Shown one piece after another: positions 11,395 to 24,185 of a stretch of 64,000 nucleotides of DNA; within the stretch, counting starts at the first letter, position 1, and the number at the start of each line of letters is the position of its first letter. The translations under genes and the position numbers were made by a program. The DNA comes from Lama glama (Eukaryota): the NCBI GenBank assembly GCA_028534125.1, contig CM052817.1:1428001-1492000 (forward strand), in the 5' to 3' direction. The notes under the pieces are model-generated. The model was not told the DNA's origin. It searched no databases and saw only the letters and a program-made list of their open reading frames with translations.

Positions 11395-14300
11395 TTAGAT
11401 TCCACATATGAGTGACATCATATTGTATTTTCCTTTCTCTTTCTGGCTTACTTCACTTAGAATGACGATCTCCAGATCCGTCTATGTTGCTGCAAATGGC
11501 ATTATTTTATTCTTTTTTGAGGGGGAGGGTATAGTTCAAGTGGTAAAGTGCATGCCTAGCATACACAAGGTCCTGGGTTCAATCCCCAGCACCTCCTCTA
11601 AAACCAAATAGACCTAATTACTTGCTCCCCCCCAAAAAAAAGAAAGAACCAGTATTCTTTTTTATGGCTAGTAGTATTTCTTTGTATATATATGTGTGTA
11701 CGTGTGTGTGTATCACAGCTTCTTTATCCATTCATCTATCAATGGACATTTAGGTTGCTTCCAGGTCTTGGCTATTGTATATAGTGCTGCTATGAATATT
11801 AGGGTGCATGCGTCTTTTTGAATTAGAGTTCCCTCCAGATATGGGAGGAGATTGCTGGATCATATGGTAAGTCTATTCTTAGTTTAAAAAAAATCTCCAT
11901 ACTGTTTTCCATAGTGGCTGCACCAAACTATATTCCCATCAGTAATGTAGAAGTTTCCCTTTTCTCCACACCCTCTCCAGCATTTATCGTTTGTGGATTT
12001 TTCATGATGGCCATTCTGACTGCTGTGAGGTGATAATTAGCTATATTGAGCATTTTTTTCATGTGCTTATTGCCGTTTGTATGTCTTCATTGGGGAATTG
12101 CTTGTTTGGGTCTTCTGCCCATTTTTGGATTTTTTTTTTATTATTATTAAACTGAGCTGTTTATATATTCTGGAAATTAAGCCCTTGTCACTTGCATCAT
12201 TTCCAGATATTTTTTCCCATTCTGTAGGTTGTTTCTTTGTTTTGTTTTGCTTATGGTTTCCTTTGCTGTGTAAAATCTTCTAAGTTTAATTAGATCCCAT
12301 TTGTATATTTTTGCTTTTATTTCTGTTGCCTTGGTAGGCTGACCTAGAAGATTTATATCAGAGAATGTTTTGCCTATGTTACCTTCTAGCAGATTTATGG
12401 TGTCCTGTCTTATGCTTAGGTCTTTAAGCCATTTGGAGATTGTTTTTGTGTAGGGTGTGTGTGTTCTAACTTCATTGATTTACATGCCTCTGTCCAACTT
12501 TCCCAACACCATTTGCTGAAGAGACTGTCTTCTCCATTGAATACTCTTGTTTCCTTTGTCTGAGATTAATTGACCGTGTGTGGGTTTATTTCTGAGCTCT
12601 CTCTTCTGTTCCATTGAATCCATATGTCTGTTTTTGAACCAGTACCACACTGTTTTGATAATTGTAGCTCTGTAGTATTGTATGACGTCTGGGAGGGTTA
12701 TTCCTCCAGCTTCATTCTTTTTCTTAAGTGTTGCTTTGGCAATTGGGGGGGTCCTTTGTGATTACATTTAGGTTTTAGGATTATTTGGTCTAGTTTTGTT
12801 AAAAATGTCCTGAGTAATTTCATAGGGATTGCGTTAAATCTGTAGATTGCTTTGGGTAGTATGGCCATTTTAATAATATTCTTCAAATCCAAGAGCAAAG
12901 GGTATCTTTCCATTTCTTTAAATCATCTTTAATTTTCTTAATCAATGTTTTGTAGTTCTCTTTGTATAAGTCTTTCATCTCCTTGGTCAGGTTTATTCCT
13001 GAGTATTTTATTTATTTATTTATTTTGATGCAATTTAAAAGGGGATTGTTTGTTTACTTTCTTTTTCTGTTAATGTTGGTGTGAAGACACACAACTGATT
13101 TCTGTGTGTTAATCTTGTATCCTGCTACCTTGCCAGATTCTTTTATCAGCTCTAGTAGTTTTTGTGTGGAGACTTTAGGGTTTTCTCTATATGGGATCAT
13201 GTCATCTGCATATTCTGCATGTATTGAGATTGTCATGTGATTTTTGCCCTTTTTTTAATTGATGTGGTGTATCATGTTGATTGATATGTGTATGTTGAAC
13301 CATCCTTGTATTTGCGGGATGAATCCAACTTGACCGTAGTGTGTTATCTTTTTTTTTTTTTTAATGTGTTGCTGGATTCTGTTTGCTAATATTTTGTTGA
13401 GAATTTTTACATCTATGTTCATCAGTGATATTGGCCTGTAATTTTCTTTTTTGGTAGTGTCTTTGTCTGGTTTTGGTATCAAGGGGATGGTGGCTTCATG
13501 GAGTGAGTTTGGGAGTGCTCCCTCCTGTTCAGTCTTCTGGAAGAGTTTGAGAAGGATCCATATGAATTCTTCTTTGTGTGTTTGGTAGAATTCCCCAGTG
13601 AAGACATTTAGTCTTGGATTTTTGTTTACAGGGAGTTTTTTTTTTTTATTGCTGATTCTGTTTCACTTCTAGTGTTCAGTCTGTTCAAATTGCCTATTTC
13701 TTCTTGATTCAGTTTTGGTGTACTGTATGTTTATAGAAATTTGTTTATTTCTTCTAGGTTGTCCAGTTTATCGCCGTATAGTTGTTCATAGTATTCTCTT
13801 ATTTATTTATTTTTTCCCTTGTGGTGCTGGTTGTAATGACTCCATTTTCCTTTCTTTTTTTACTTGTGTCCTCTCTTTTCATTTTGGTGAGTTTGGCCAG
13901 AGATATGTCAATTTTGTTAACTCTTTCAAAAAATGAGCTCTTGGTTTGATTCATTTTTCTGTTTTTTTTTTATTTCTGTTTTATTTGTTTCCTCCCTGAT
14001 CTTTCTTATTTCTTTCCTTCTGCTGACTTTAGGTTTTGTGTATTCTTCTTTTTCTGATTCTTCTAGATGGTAGTTTAGGTTGTTTGCGATTTGTTCTTGC
14101 TTTTTGAGGAAGGTCTGAATCGTGAGCTTCTCTCTTAGGACTGCTTTTGCTACATCCCATGGATTTTGTGTGGATGTGTTTACATTGTCATTTGTCTCAA
14201 GGAGTTTTTAAATTTCTTCTTTGATTTCATCATTGACCCACTGGTTTTTTAGTAGCATGCTGTTTAGTCTTCTTGCAGTCATTTTTTCTCATTTTTCTTT

Positions 14301-14994
14301 CTATGGTTGATTTCTTGTTTTATGCCACTGTCATCAGAAAAGATGCTTGCGATAGTTTCTATCTTAAATTTGTTGAGGCTTCTTTTGTGCCCAAGTATCC
14401 TAGAGAATGATCCATATGCACTTGAAAAGAATGTATATTCTGTTTTTTGGGGAATGTGATGTCCAGAAAATATCAATTAAGGGTAACTGTTCTATTGTGT
14501 CATTTGGTGTCTCCATTGCTTTATTGGCTTTCTGTCTGGAGGCTCTGTCCAATGACGTTAGTGGGTGTTAAAGTCTCTAACTATTGTAGTCCCATCAATT
14601 TCTCCCTTAATGTCTGTTAGTATTTGTCCTATATGTTTAGGTGCTCCTTTATTGGGTGCATACATGTTAATGCGTGTAACATCCTCATTTTGAATTGCTC
14701 CTTTTATCATTATATAGTGTCCTTTATCTTTGTTTATGGCCTTTGTTTTAAAGTCTATTTTGTCTGATATGAGTATTGCTACCCCAGTTTTCATGTCATT
14801 TCCATTTGCATGAATTATCTTTTTCTATCCTCTTACTTTCAATCTATGTGTGTCCTTCATTCTAAAGTGGGTCTCTAGTAGGCAACATATTGTAGGCTCT
14901 TGTTTTATTATTCCACCTGCCACTCTGTCTTTTGATTGGAGCGTTTAGTTCATTGACATTTACAGTAATTATTGGTAGATGTGTTTATTGCCAT
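11395..14994 (-). pseudogene. Disrupted L1 ORF2 (endonuclease-reverse transcriptase)
   Basis: KTGVAILISDKIDFKTK (EN), [66 protein letters not shown]. Many frameshifts, one SINE insertion and an internal RT deletion. Confidence 0.9.
11519..11652 (+). mobile_element. tRNA-derived camelid-type SINE nested in the L1
   Basis: gggggagggtatagttcaagtggt...gggttcaatcccc; TSD tattctttttt at 11508-11518 and 11653-11663. Confidence 0.9.
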
Positions 14995-15389
14995 TTTAAA
15001 CTCTGTTATCCAGTTGATTTTGTGTTTCTTCTTTGTTCCTTTCTGTTTCTTTTTGTTTTTCCTTTTGTGGTTTAATAATTTATTTTTGTGTTAGCGTGAT
15101 TTCTTTGTGGTTTTTTTGACTCTATTGTATGCTTTTGATTTGTGGCTACCCTGTTTTTCAAATATATTAACCCACTACTCTATCTCTTTGTTTTAGACTG
15201 GTAATCATATAGGCCCAAACACATCCTAAAAGGAATGGGGAAAAAATGTTTTCTTATTCCACTCTCCCACATTTTATGATTTTGCTGTCCTCTTTTACAA
15301 CTTCATGTTTATTCTTGTGGTATTCATTGTAGTTAACACATTTCCAATTGTGATTTTCTTTTTTCTGTAGAATCCTGCTTCTTTCCTAT

Positions 15390-16404
15390 TTAGAGAAAAT
15401 ATTTCTTTTGTGTGTGTTGGGGGGGTAATTAGGCTTATTTATTTATTCTTCAAGGAAGTACTGGGGATTGAACCCAGGACCTCATGCATGTCAAGCATGC
15501 ACTGTTAGCATTTGAGCTATACTCTCCCCCCTCAATATTTCTTTTAGGATAGGTTTAGTATTGCAGTATTCTTTTAGTTTTTGCTTGTCTGAGGAATTCT
15601 TTATCTCTCCTATTCTAAAGGATAGTCTTGCTGGGTAGAGTATCCTAGGTTGCAGGTTTTTCTCTTTCAGGACTTTGAATATATTTTGCCACTCCTTTTT
15701 GGCCAGCAGTGTGTCTGTAGAGAAATCAGCTGATAGCATTAGGGAGTTTCCCTTGTAACTAATTCTTAATTTTTCTCTTGCTGCCTTTAGAATCATTTTG
15801 TTATCTTCAACCTTGGCCATCTTAATTATAACATGTCTTGGTATAGGCCTGTTTGGATTCATCTTGTTTGGGACCCTCTGTGCTTCCTGTCCTTAGGTAT
15901 CTGTTTCCTTCTTTAGGTTTGGGAGGTTTTTGGTCATGATTTCTTCAAATACCTTTTCAATCCCCCTTTCTCTTTTTTCTCCTTCTAGGACCCCTATTAC
16001 ATGTAGGTTGGCACACTTTAAATTATCCCAAAGGTCCCTTATATTGCTTTCATTTGTTTTCATTTGCTTTTCTGTTTGCTGTTCTGATTGGGTCATTTCC
16101 ATTATCCTGTCTTCTAAATCATTTATTCATTCTTTTGCATTAGTTAGTCTGCTGTTGACCGCCTTTAGCTCTGCTTTTATCTCCGCAATTGAGTTTTCTG
16201 ACTTTAATTGGCTCCTCTTTATAGTTCTATTTCCTTTTTACAGTATTCTGCATTACTATTGATAGCCTCTGTTATATCCTTCAGTACATTTATCACCTCC
16301 TTTTTGAACTCAGGATCTAGTAAGACTGTTGAGGTCTATTTCATTGTTCTTCCAGGGGATGTCTCTTGTTCTTTTAATTGGGAGTGATTCTTCTGCTTCT
16401 TCAT
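15390..16404 (-). pseudogene. Disrupted L1 ORF1
   Basis: Start MKKQKNHSQLKEQE at 16404; NIRDLWDNLKCANLHVIGVLEGE; PRHVIIKMAK...LSADFS...EKNLQPRILYPARLSF. 3' end interrupted by a SINE. Confidence 0.88.
15410..15533 (-). mobile_element. tRNA-derived camelid-type SINE nested in L1 ORF1
   Basis: Same family; TSD aatatttctttt at 15398-15409 and 15534-15545. Confidence 0.9.
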
Positions 16405-18031
16405 TTTACTATATTTCTCCCACTCTATGAATTTAGAAGTAGCAATTATCTACTGTTGTCTTGAGGGCTATTTTTTTTTTAATGTGGGAGCATCCCTCTG
16501 TAGACTGTGCACATCTAATATTTTTGTCAGAAGGGTTGTTTTTAGTATGAGTGGTTGCCACATCTTTCCTCTGTGTATGCTGGCTTTCAGTGTCTTGGTT
16601 GGGGGTGTGTTGGGTGTTGTGGTGACCAGAGCCTGCACTGGTTTTTGAACAGGGCCTCCACTTTGCTCTGTGATTATCACAGCCCTGATAGGGCCTGGGT
16701 CTGCTCCCCTGTTGTTGGAGTAGACCCATTTCTGAGCTGAGGTGTGTAGTAGGTGGGACTGGAGCACTTCTGCTGAAAGAGGAGCTGCTTAGTATTCCTC
16801 CGTAGGAGATATCCCACTGGAGAGTGCCCTCTGTGGTGTCATCTGCCACTCATCTGGGCTTACAGAGTAGTTTGTTGACACTGCCGTTGTGCCTGCCTCA
16901 GCTGTGGGAATGTTGGCAACCCGCCCTGTTGTCCCCAGGTTTTGCAGCCACACAGCCACTAGTGCAGATCCACATACACCAGGTACTAGGACCCGCCATA
17001 GTGTGTGTGCAGTTGCACACTTGATGCACCATGAGCCAGAGGGTCAGCCCAGACCCCAGCCCTGTGTCCACATACACAAGCCTACTGTTAACACCAGATG
17101 CACTCCTGCCACACACCAGAACTCTGCTCAGTTGTCACAGAGATGCAGGTCTACAAAGGCACCAGGGGAGCAAATCTGCCACCTCCTAGGGCTTGAATCT
17201 AATCTCAGTCCTGCCTGTGAAGTTGCAGGACCTCTGGGAATGGATTCAGGTATCAGCCCCACCTCTGCCCAGGAGCCATGCACCAACACTTACGCCCCTC
17301 TAGAGCTAGCCAAGAAGACTGCTGTATCAGAACTACATCGTGAGAACACGTGCCAGCAATGGTGCTGAGCACTGCCCTCTGGGCTAGTGGAGATGGCAGC
17401 TCTGGCCAGGCTGTGTTGCGCCCCTTCCCCCATGTGCACCGGCAGTGGTGCTTTCTTTGGGGGACCCAGGCTGTTCTGCACACACGCCTAGTCTCAGCCT
17501 ACCCCACACTCCAGCCACCTGAGTCTGCCTCTGAGTAGTCAGCCCTAGTCCTCTCCCAGGTTCATCCACAGAAGCCCGACCTTCAGCGCACAGTCCTGGT
17601 GTGCCCCCACCAGCTTGCGTCTTGGGCTGGGGATCACACAGACCCTCTGTGCCTTTTTTTCTCAGTTCTGTCTGCCAAGCGGCTGCTGCTTTCTTCTTCA
17701 CGCCTACTAAGCTCCTGTTCTGTCTTGGCTGGCCTCCCTGCTAGAGAGGGGGCTTCCCAGGGTGAGGGCATTTTTCCTCCTTTGCTGCTCCATCCCCAGA
17801 GACAGGTCCCACACCAACTTCCTTTCTCTTTTTCCTTTTTTGTCCCCACTACCCAACTTTGTGAGGAGTTTTCTTGTATTTCTGATTGTGAGAGATACTC
17901 TTCCTGAGTTCAGTAGGTATTCTGTGAGAATTATTTTATAGGTAGATGTAGTTTTTGATGTATTCATGGGAGAGGGTGAGTTCCACAACCACCTACTCCA
18001 CCGTCTTGGCAATCCCCTGAAATTACCTTTT

Positions 18032-21000
18032 CATATGTTAGTTGACCAAGTGGCTTTCCTCTTTTGTGATGTTAAATGTTTTGCCCTTTTTTTTTTCTAT
18101 TGAGTTGTATATCTTTTTATTTTTCTTGCTTTTTCAGTTTCTTAATATTGTCTTTTGAATAAAAATATTAGTTCTAAATAGTTGAACCTATTGATCTTTT
18201 CCTTTATGCTTTAGGGTTTTGATATCTTGACTTTAAAATGTTTTCCTTCACCTGAGATCATTAAGATACCAATATTATCTTTTGCATTTTGATCTATAAT
18301 TCTGAAACTGAGTTTTGTGTATGGTGTGAGATAGGGGTTCAGTTTAATTTTTACCTCCGTTTAGAAACCTAGTTGTCCCAGCATCATTATCTAAAAAGAC
18401 TATTCTTTCCACAATGCTGTGGAATGCTTCTGTATTATAAACTTAGAGTCCATATATACTTTGGTTCTGTATTGCTCCTTTGTCTGTTTGTCTATCGTTG
18501 GGCTGCACCACACTCTATCAGTTACTGTAGCTTTTAAATCAGTCTCAGGTTTCCTCCTTGTTCTCAAGCGTTTTTTGGTAATTCTTGGACTTTTGTGTTT
18601 CCATATAAATTTTAGACTCTGTTTCTCAATTTCCATATCAAAATTTTTTTGGATTTTGATTAAAGTTACATTGCATGTATAAATCATTTTGAGGAATGCT
18701 GACTTCATCATGTGAGTTTTTAAAAAATCAATGAATGATTTTTCATCATTTATTTGGGGTATCTTTACTTTCTCAATAAAGGTTTATAGTCTTCTCTGTA
18801 TGTATAGTTTTCTCTGTATGATCTCTCATTTTAGATTTGTTCTTTGGTACTTGATAACTTTTAAAGTCATTTAACTTAGAAATAATTTCAAATGTATACT
18901 AAAGTGAAAACATAAAATTTTTATATAGCCTTGAATCAGATTTCCCAATTTTTGACATTTTAATTCACATTTGCCCTATTATTCTGTCTCTGTTTCTTTC
19001 TCTCCTTCTCTCCACTCATTCCCCAAAACCTTATGACTTTTTTTTTCTGAACTACTTGAAGAAAATTGCAAACATAATGCCCATTACCCTTAGTATTAAG
19101 TGTATTTCCTAAAAAGGATACTCTTTTCCATATATACTGTATACCTATCAAAATCAGAAAGTTAGCATTATTACAGTGTTAGCATCTTACCCACAGGGTC
19201 TATTCAGATTTTCCCATTTGTCTAAAAAAATACCCTCAGTAGCAAAAACAAACAAGAGAACTTTACTTCTCCCCTTTCTTCTATGGTCCAGAATAAGTTC
19301 CAAGATGACTCATTGCATTTAGCATTGTATTTTTCAGTCTCCTTTACATCTGCAAAGAATTTCTCTGTGTTTTTTTCTTTTGTCCTTCACGACTTTGACT
19401 TTTTTTTATGAGAATAGACCACACACTTTGTAAATGACCCTCAATTTAGGTATATGTGATGTTTCCTCACAATTAGACTCAAATTTTTTGTTTTGGCAGG
19501 AATTGCACACAAGTCATGCTGTACTCTCTGCAGCATGTCATCTTGGCAGTCTGTTCCATTATAGGCGGTGGGAACTCTTACCACTTGGTTAAGACGGTAT
19601 CTGACTGGTTTCTTCACTGTGAAGTTAATTAATAAGAATTTTGCACTAATTAATAATGAGTAATTAATATGTTTTATAGAAAAATACTTTGAGATCATCC
19701 TATTTCTCATCAGATTTTCTGCCTCTAGTTTTAGCATCCATTTATGATTCTTGGTTGAATCCATTAGTTTGATGGTAGCCGAATGGTGATCTTCTAATTC
19801 CATTATTCCTTCTGCATTTATTGACATTCTGCAGTAAGCTAGAGCTTTCCTTTCTTCCTTGTTGTTTGTATATCCTTTATATAAATATGGACTTACGGTT
19901 TCCTGTTTTACGCAGTGTATCAAATTTAGCCAGTGGGAGCCCTTTCAGACTGACTGCTGAATGCTTTTGACATCTCTTCATCATTCTTTGAACATTTCCT
20001 TACTTTACGGTATCAGGTGTTCCATTCCTATCTTGAATTTTTCTCTTCCACAGCCCTGAAACCAGCCATTAATCCAATAAGCCCTAGTTCCTTTTAGTAG
20101 ACAGTAGTATTTACAGATTAAACTTTGGGTGCTAGATGTTCTCACAGTAAGAGAGCTGGGAAATAGATACCTGTGTGTACCCCGACACTCCTGTGTCAGG
20201 TTTTTTAATCTGTTGAAACCACAGGTTCACACGGGATCTTCTCAATTCCAGTCCAGCAGTTGGAGTGTACTGTAGCCTTCCTTCCTCCTTTCCGTGTTTG
20301 TACCTCTCTTCTCCTACAATGGAAACCTGGCTCCATCATTTTCAGCATGTTCACTTGTTTACTCAGTCCTCCTGTGTGTTACCAGTCTCCACCTGCCAGC
20401 CATACTCTCAGCCCTGGCACTGCAGATGAGTGACTCTGCCCATGATGATGGAGACTGCCCCCCGCCCCCCCGGCTCACACCAGCTGCCATGACCGAAGTT
20501 TCCAAGGGGCAAAGGCGGTGCTTGGTATGTCTTTTTTAGATGTCATGATAAGTGACATCTTAAAATTAAAATAATTGTTGTTGGTGTAAAGAATATAATA
20601 GATTTTAAAGTTTTTTTTATTTTATCAACTGCTGTAAAATATTAATTCTATTTGTTTATCTTTACATCCTTTTGGATTTTCTGAGTGTACAATTGAATCA
20701 TCTTCAAATAAGGGTACCACTTTTTCCCCTTTCTCATCATTAGTCCTTTTATTTCTTTTTCTTACCTTACTATTCTGGCTGAGATCTCTGTTATAATGTT
20801 GAGTAGAAATGGTGGTCATAGGTATCTTTATCTCATTCTTGATCCCAAAAGGAAACCTTTTCACCATTTCATCTTCTAAGTATATTTCTTGTTAATAGGG
20901 TTGTTTTTTTTTAAAGGTGGCCTTTATCATTTTAAGAAAGTTACCGTATGTTCATGATTTACTAGAATGCTTTTATTAGTGAATGGAAGTTCAATTTTAT

Positions 21001-21600
21001 CAAAAGCATTTCTGCATCTGTTTTAATTACATGATACCTCTGTGATAGAGTAGTTAGAAAATCAGCTCAGTGTTAAACTAACTTTGCATTTTTGGGTAAA
21101 CCTGTTTGGCCATAGTAATACCTGTTTCTATATATTGCTAGATTTGGATTGCTCATAAATTCATTTAGGACTTTTTCATCTATTTTCATGAGTGAGAATA
21201 ACGAGATTTTCCTTTTTCTTGTCAGATTTTAGTATACAGATTATGGTTAATATTTGATGCGTACTTTTTTTTTAACTATCTGAAAGAGTTTGTCTAAAAT
21301 TATATTTATTTCTTTTCGGGGGTTTGTTTTGTTTTGGAGCGGGGAATTAGATTTATTTATTTATTTATTTATTTATTAATGGAGGTGCTGGGGATTGAGC
21401 CCAGGACCTCGTGCATGCTAAGCATGTACTCTACCACTGAGCTATACCGCCCCTCTAAAATTATATTTATTTCTTATTAAATTTTTGGTATGAGCCATCT
21501 AGGCTTGGAGTTACATTTGGTTGAGTTTATTTAATACTTTTAATATTGTTCTAGCTTCTGTTTATCTATTTTCGTAAGTTGTATTTTCTAGGAGTTCTTT
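18032..21600 (-). mobile_element. Ancient L1M ORF2 and 3'UTR fragments (composite)
   Basis: Decayed ORF2 peptides (EIEKQSLKFIWKHKSPRITK; PLFEDDSIVHSENPK) with an L1MC-like 3'UTR block at about 18870-20400. Confidence 0.65.
21315..21453 (-). mobile_element. tRNA-derived camelid-type SINE with a 22-bp TSD
   Basis: Same family with an internal (TTTA)n expansion; perfect TSD tctaaaattatatttatttctt at 21293-21314 and 21454-21475. Confidence 0.92.
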
Positions 21601-21629
21601 GAGCATTTCATCACGCTCACAGCATACCC

Positions 21630-21780
21630 TCCAGTGGTCTGGAGCCGGCTTGCCTGGATTTGACTCCTTGCTCTGATACTTAATAGCTTGGACAAGTCTC
21701 TTAAACTCCATACTTCAGTTTCCGCTTAGTAACCATGCAGGACTGTTGGGATGATTGGCAGCTGTTGTATGTATTTAGGA
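21630..21780 (+). mobile_element. MIR fragment
   Basis: tctggagccggcttgcctggatttgactcc...ttggacaagtctcttaaactc...cttcagtttcc. Confidence 0.6.
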
Positions 21781-22063
21781 ATTGGTCTATATTTCCTCTG
21801 ATGCAGATATTTTGTCTAAGTTTGGTGTTTTGAGAAAAACTACTCATGCTCTACATTTCTGTGTTCAAAGACTTCTGGGTTTAAAACACAGTATATATAG
21901 TTGTTGTCAGATGTAGTCAACTTCTAGTTTTCTAGCTGTTCTTTTTCCTATTTGTAAATGAATAATTCCTTTTGGCTTCCTTTCCTTCTATGCCCAGTGT
22001 TGGATATTTTATTTATTAGCACTCACAGAAGATGGGGAAAAGGGGATATAGTGATACTTCCAG

Positions 22064-22386
22064 CCCGTTATTGCCCAATAGAAATGGAATGAGAGCCACG
22101 TACGTAACTGTAAGATTTTCAGTAACTGTATGATAAAAGTAAAAAGAAATCGGTATAATCAATTTTATGTAGTGTCTTTCACTTTGTGGCCCGAGTAACC
22201 ACAAAATTATTTCAACATGGAATCATTATAAAAATTATTACCGAGATATTTACTCTCCCTTTTTCACACTGTCTTTGAAATCTGGTATGTATTTTACACT
22301 TTGGCACATCTCAGTTTGGACTTGTCACATTTCAAGTTCTCAGTAGCCAAATGTGGCCAGTGGCTACCAAGTTGGATGTGTATGTC
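22064..22386 (+). mobile_element. MER33-like hAT-Charlie non-autonomous DNA transposon
   Basis: About 320 bp: ccaatagaaa...gagccac...aaagtaaaaagaaa...cacatttcaagttctcagtagccaaatgtggccagtggctacc, matching the MER33 layout. Confidence 0.8.
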
Positions 22387-22450
22387 TAGTCTTGTGTTAG
22401 TTTGGGGATTAGCTTAAAGCTATCTAATATTTCTTTTGATTTTGCTCTTA

Positions 22451-23205
22451 AAATTTTTAAAATTAAGGTGTGACATAAAGCATATTAATTTTATGTGTAC
22501 AACATAATGACTTGATATTTGTGTATTCTGTAAAATGATCACTACAGTGTGTCTAGTTAACGTCCATCACCATACAATAGTTACAGAATTTTTTCCTTGT
22601 GATGAGAACTTTTAATATCTGTTCTCTTAGCAACTTTTAAATACATGGTACAGTGTTGTTAACTAGTTGCCATGCTGTACAGTACTTCTCCGTGACTTGT
22701 TTATTTTATAACTGGAAGTTGGTACCCTCTTCACCCATTTTGCGTATCCTCCATCCCCTACGTCTGGTAGCCACCAGTCTGCTCTCTATTTGGATGAGCT
22801 TAATTTTGTTTGTTTTGGATTCCAGATATGAATGAGATCAATACAATATTTGTCTTTCTCTGATATGTTTCATTTAGCGTAATGCCCTTAAAGTCCATCC
22901 ATGTTTCATTCATTTTTATGGCCAAGTAATACTCTACTGTGTATATATGTCACATCTTCTTTATGCATTCATGTATTCACGGACACTTAGGTTGTTCCAT
23001 ATCTTGGCTATTGTAAATAACAATGCAGTGAACATGGGATGCGTGTATCTTTTTCAGTTAGTGTTTTTGTTTTCTTCAGATAAATACCCAGAAGTGGAAT
23101 TGCTGGATCATATGGTAGCTCTGTTTTTAATTTTTTTGAGGAACCTCCAGACTGTCTTCCATAGTGGCTGCACCAATTTACATTCCCACCAACAGTGCAC
23201 AAGGG
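22451..23205 (-). mobile_element. 5'-truncated L1 (ORF2 C-terminus and 3'UTR)
   Basis: Minus ORF CTVGGNVNWCSHYG...KKLKTELPYDPAIPLLGIY. Confidence 0.85.
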
Positions 23206-23984
23206 GCTGGAGGGAGGGGCCCCGGCCTTGGGTGGAGTCTGTTGGGTGCAGGTGGAACGCCATCCCCTGGAGCCCCCCCACCCCGCACTGCGGTGCCCAG
23301 GGCCCATGGGGTGTCCGCGGCTTCTGGGCCGCTTGATGCAGAGGAGACGGTGTCTGTGCTCCTGACTGGATGGGGATGAAGCGATTCCTTCTGTCAGGGC
23401 AGCACTGGGCTCGAGGACTCCTTATGTCACCAGCTGGCCAGCCCTTTCAGCTTCTGGAGCTCCTGTTTTTAGGAAAGCTTGTTTTCTGATGCTCATTAGG
23501 ACGTAGCTGGGCCTTGAAGCGGGAGTTCAGCCAGCCCTCTTCCTGCACCTCCTGCATGCACCACCCCAGTTTACAGGCCTGAGGGGAAGGCATTCTCTTC
23601 AGCTCTTCTCCCTTGAAAGCTGCCAGGGAGGGAAGGACAATATCTTGTCTGAAACAAGGACCCTGCCAGGAGCCGGAGGCTCAGACTATGAAGAGAGAGT
23701 GAGGAGTGAGCCTGGAACTGCTCCTGCAGTCGGGAGTCCTGGTCCCGAGAAGTGCACGTACCATCTTTGCTCAGTCACAACATCTGGGTTTGGAGCGGGT
23801 TCTCAGAAGAACCAGGAGGGTGTGATGGCCGAGGGGGCAGTTGAAGAAAGAACATCAAGTAGGGGGAGGTGAGCCCCATGCCGTCTGGTGATGGGCCCAG
23901 TGCAATGCTGGAGGGCCAGTGGGGAGCAGAAGCCCTGCTGGAAGGAGAGGGTTGGAGAGGCGCACGGGTCTGCAGCCTTCAGCA

Positions 23985-24175
23985 TGGCGCACCCGGCCGC
24001 GTGTGGCCGCTGAGCACCGGTGCTTTAAGTGTGAAATACACCCCACATTCTGAAGACCTAGTATGAAAAAAGAATATAAAGTATCTCACTAAGAGTTTAT
24101 ATTGGTTACCTTTAATATGATAATATTGTGGGTATACTGAGTTGAATAAAATGCTGTAGAATTCACCTGTCTCTG
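23985..24175 (-). mobile_element. MER33/MER3-like fragment
   Basis: Reverse-complement similarity to 22064-22386 (taagtgtgaaatacacc...gaagac...aattcacctgt). Confidence 0.6.
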
Positions 24176-24185
24176 AAGGGGATGT

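Larger units (their letters stand above)
11008..18017 (-). mobile_element. Near-full-length decayed LINE-1 (5'UTR, ORF1, ORF2, 3'UTR) with TSDs
   Basis: 5' end GGGGATTGCCAAGACGGTGGAGTAGG, about 1.6-kb 5'UTR, ORF1 and ORF2 peptides in the expected order, A-rich tail about 11008-11032. TSD (tg)aaattacctttt at 10995-11006 and 18018-18031. Confidence 0.93.

Noticed and set aside
11008..18017. Active, retrotransposition-competent L1
   Set aside because: Both ORFs are frameshifted, two SINEs are inserted, the RT core is deleted and the YY1 site is decayed.
18785..18820. 18-bp tandem duplication tatagt(c/t)ttctctgtatg
   Set aside because: Ordinary slippage duplication inside a decayed L1.
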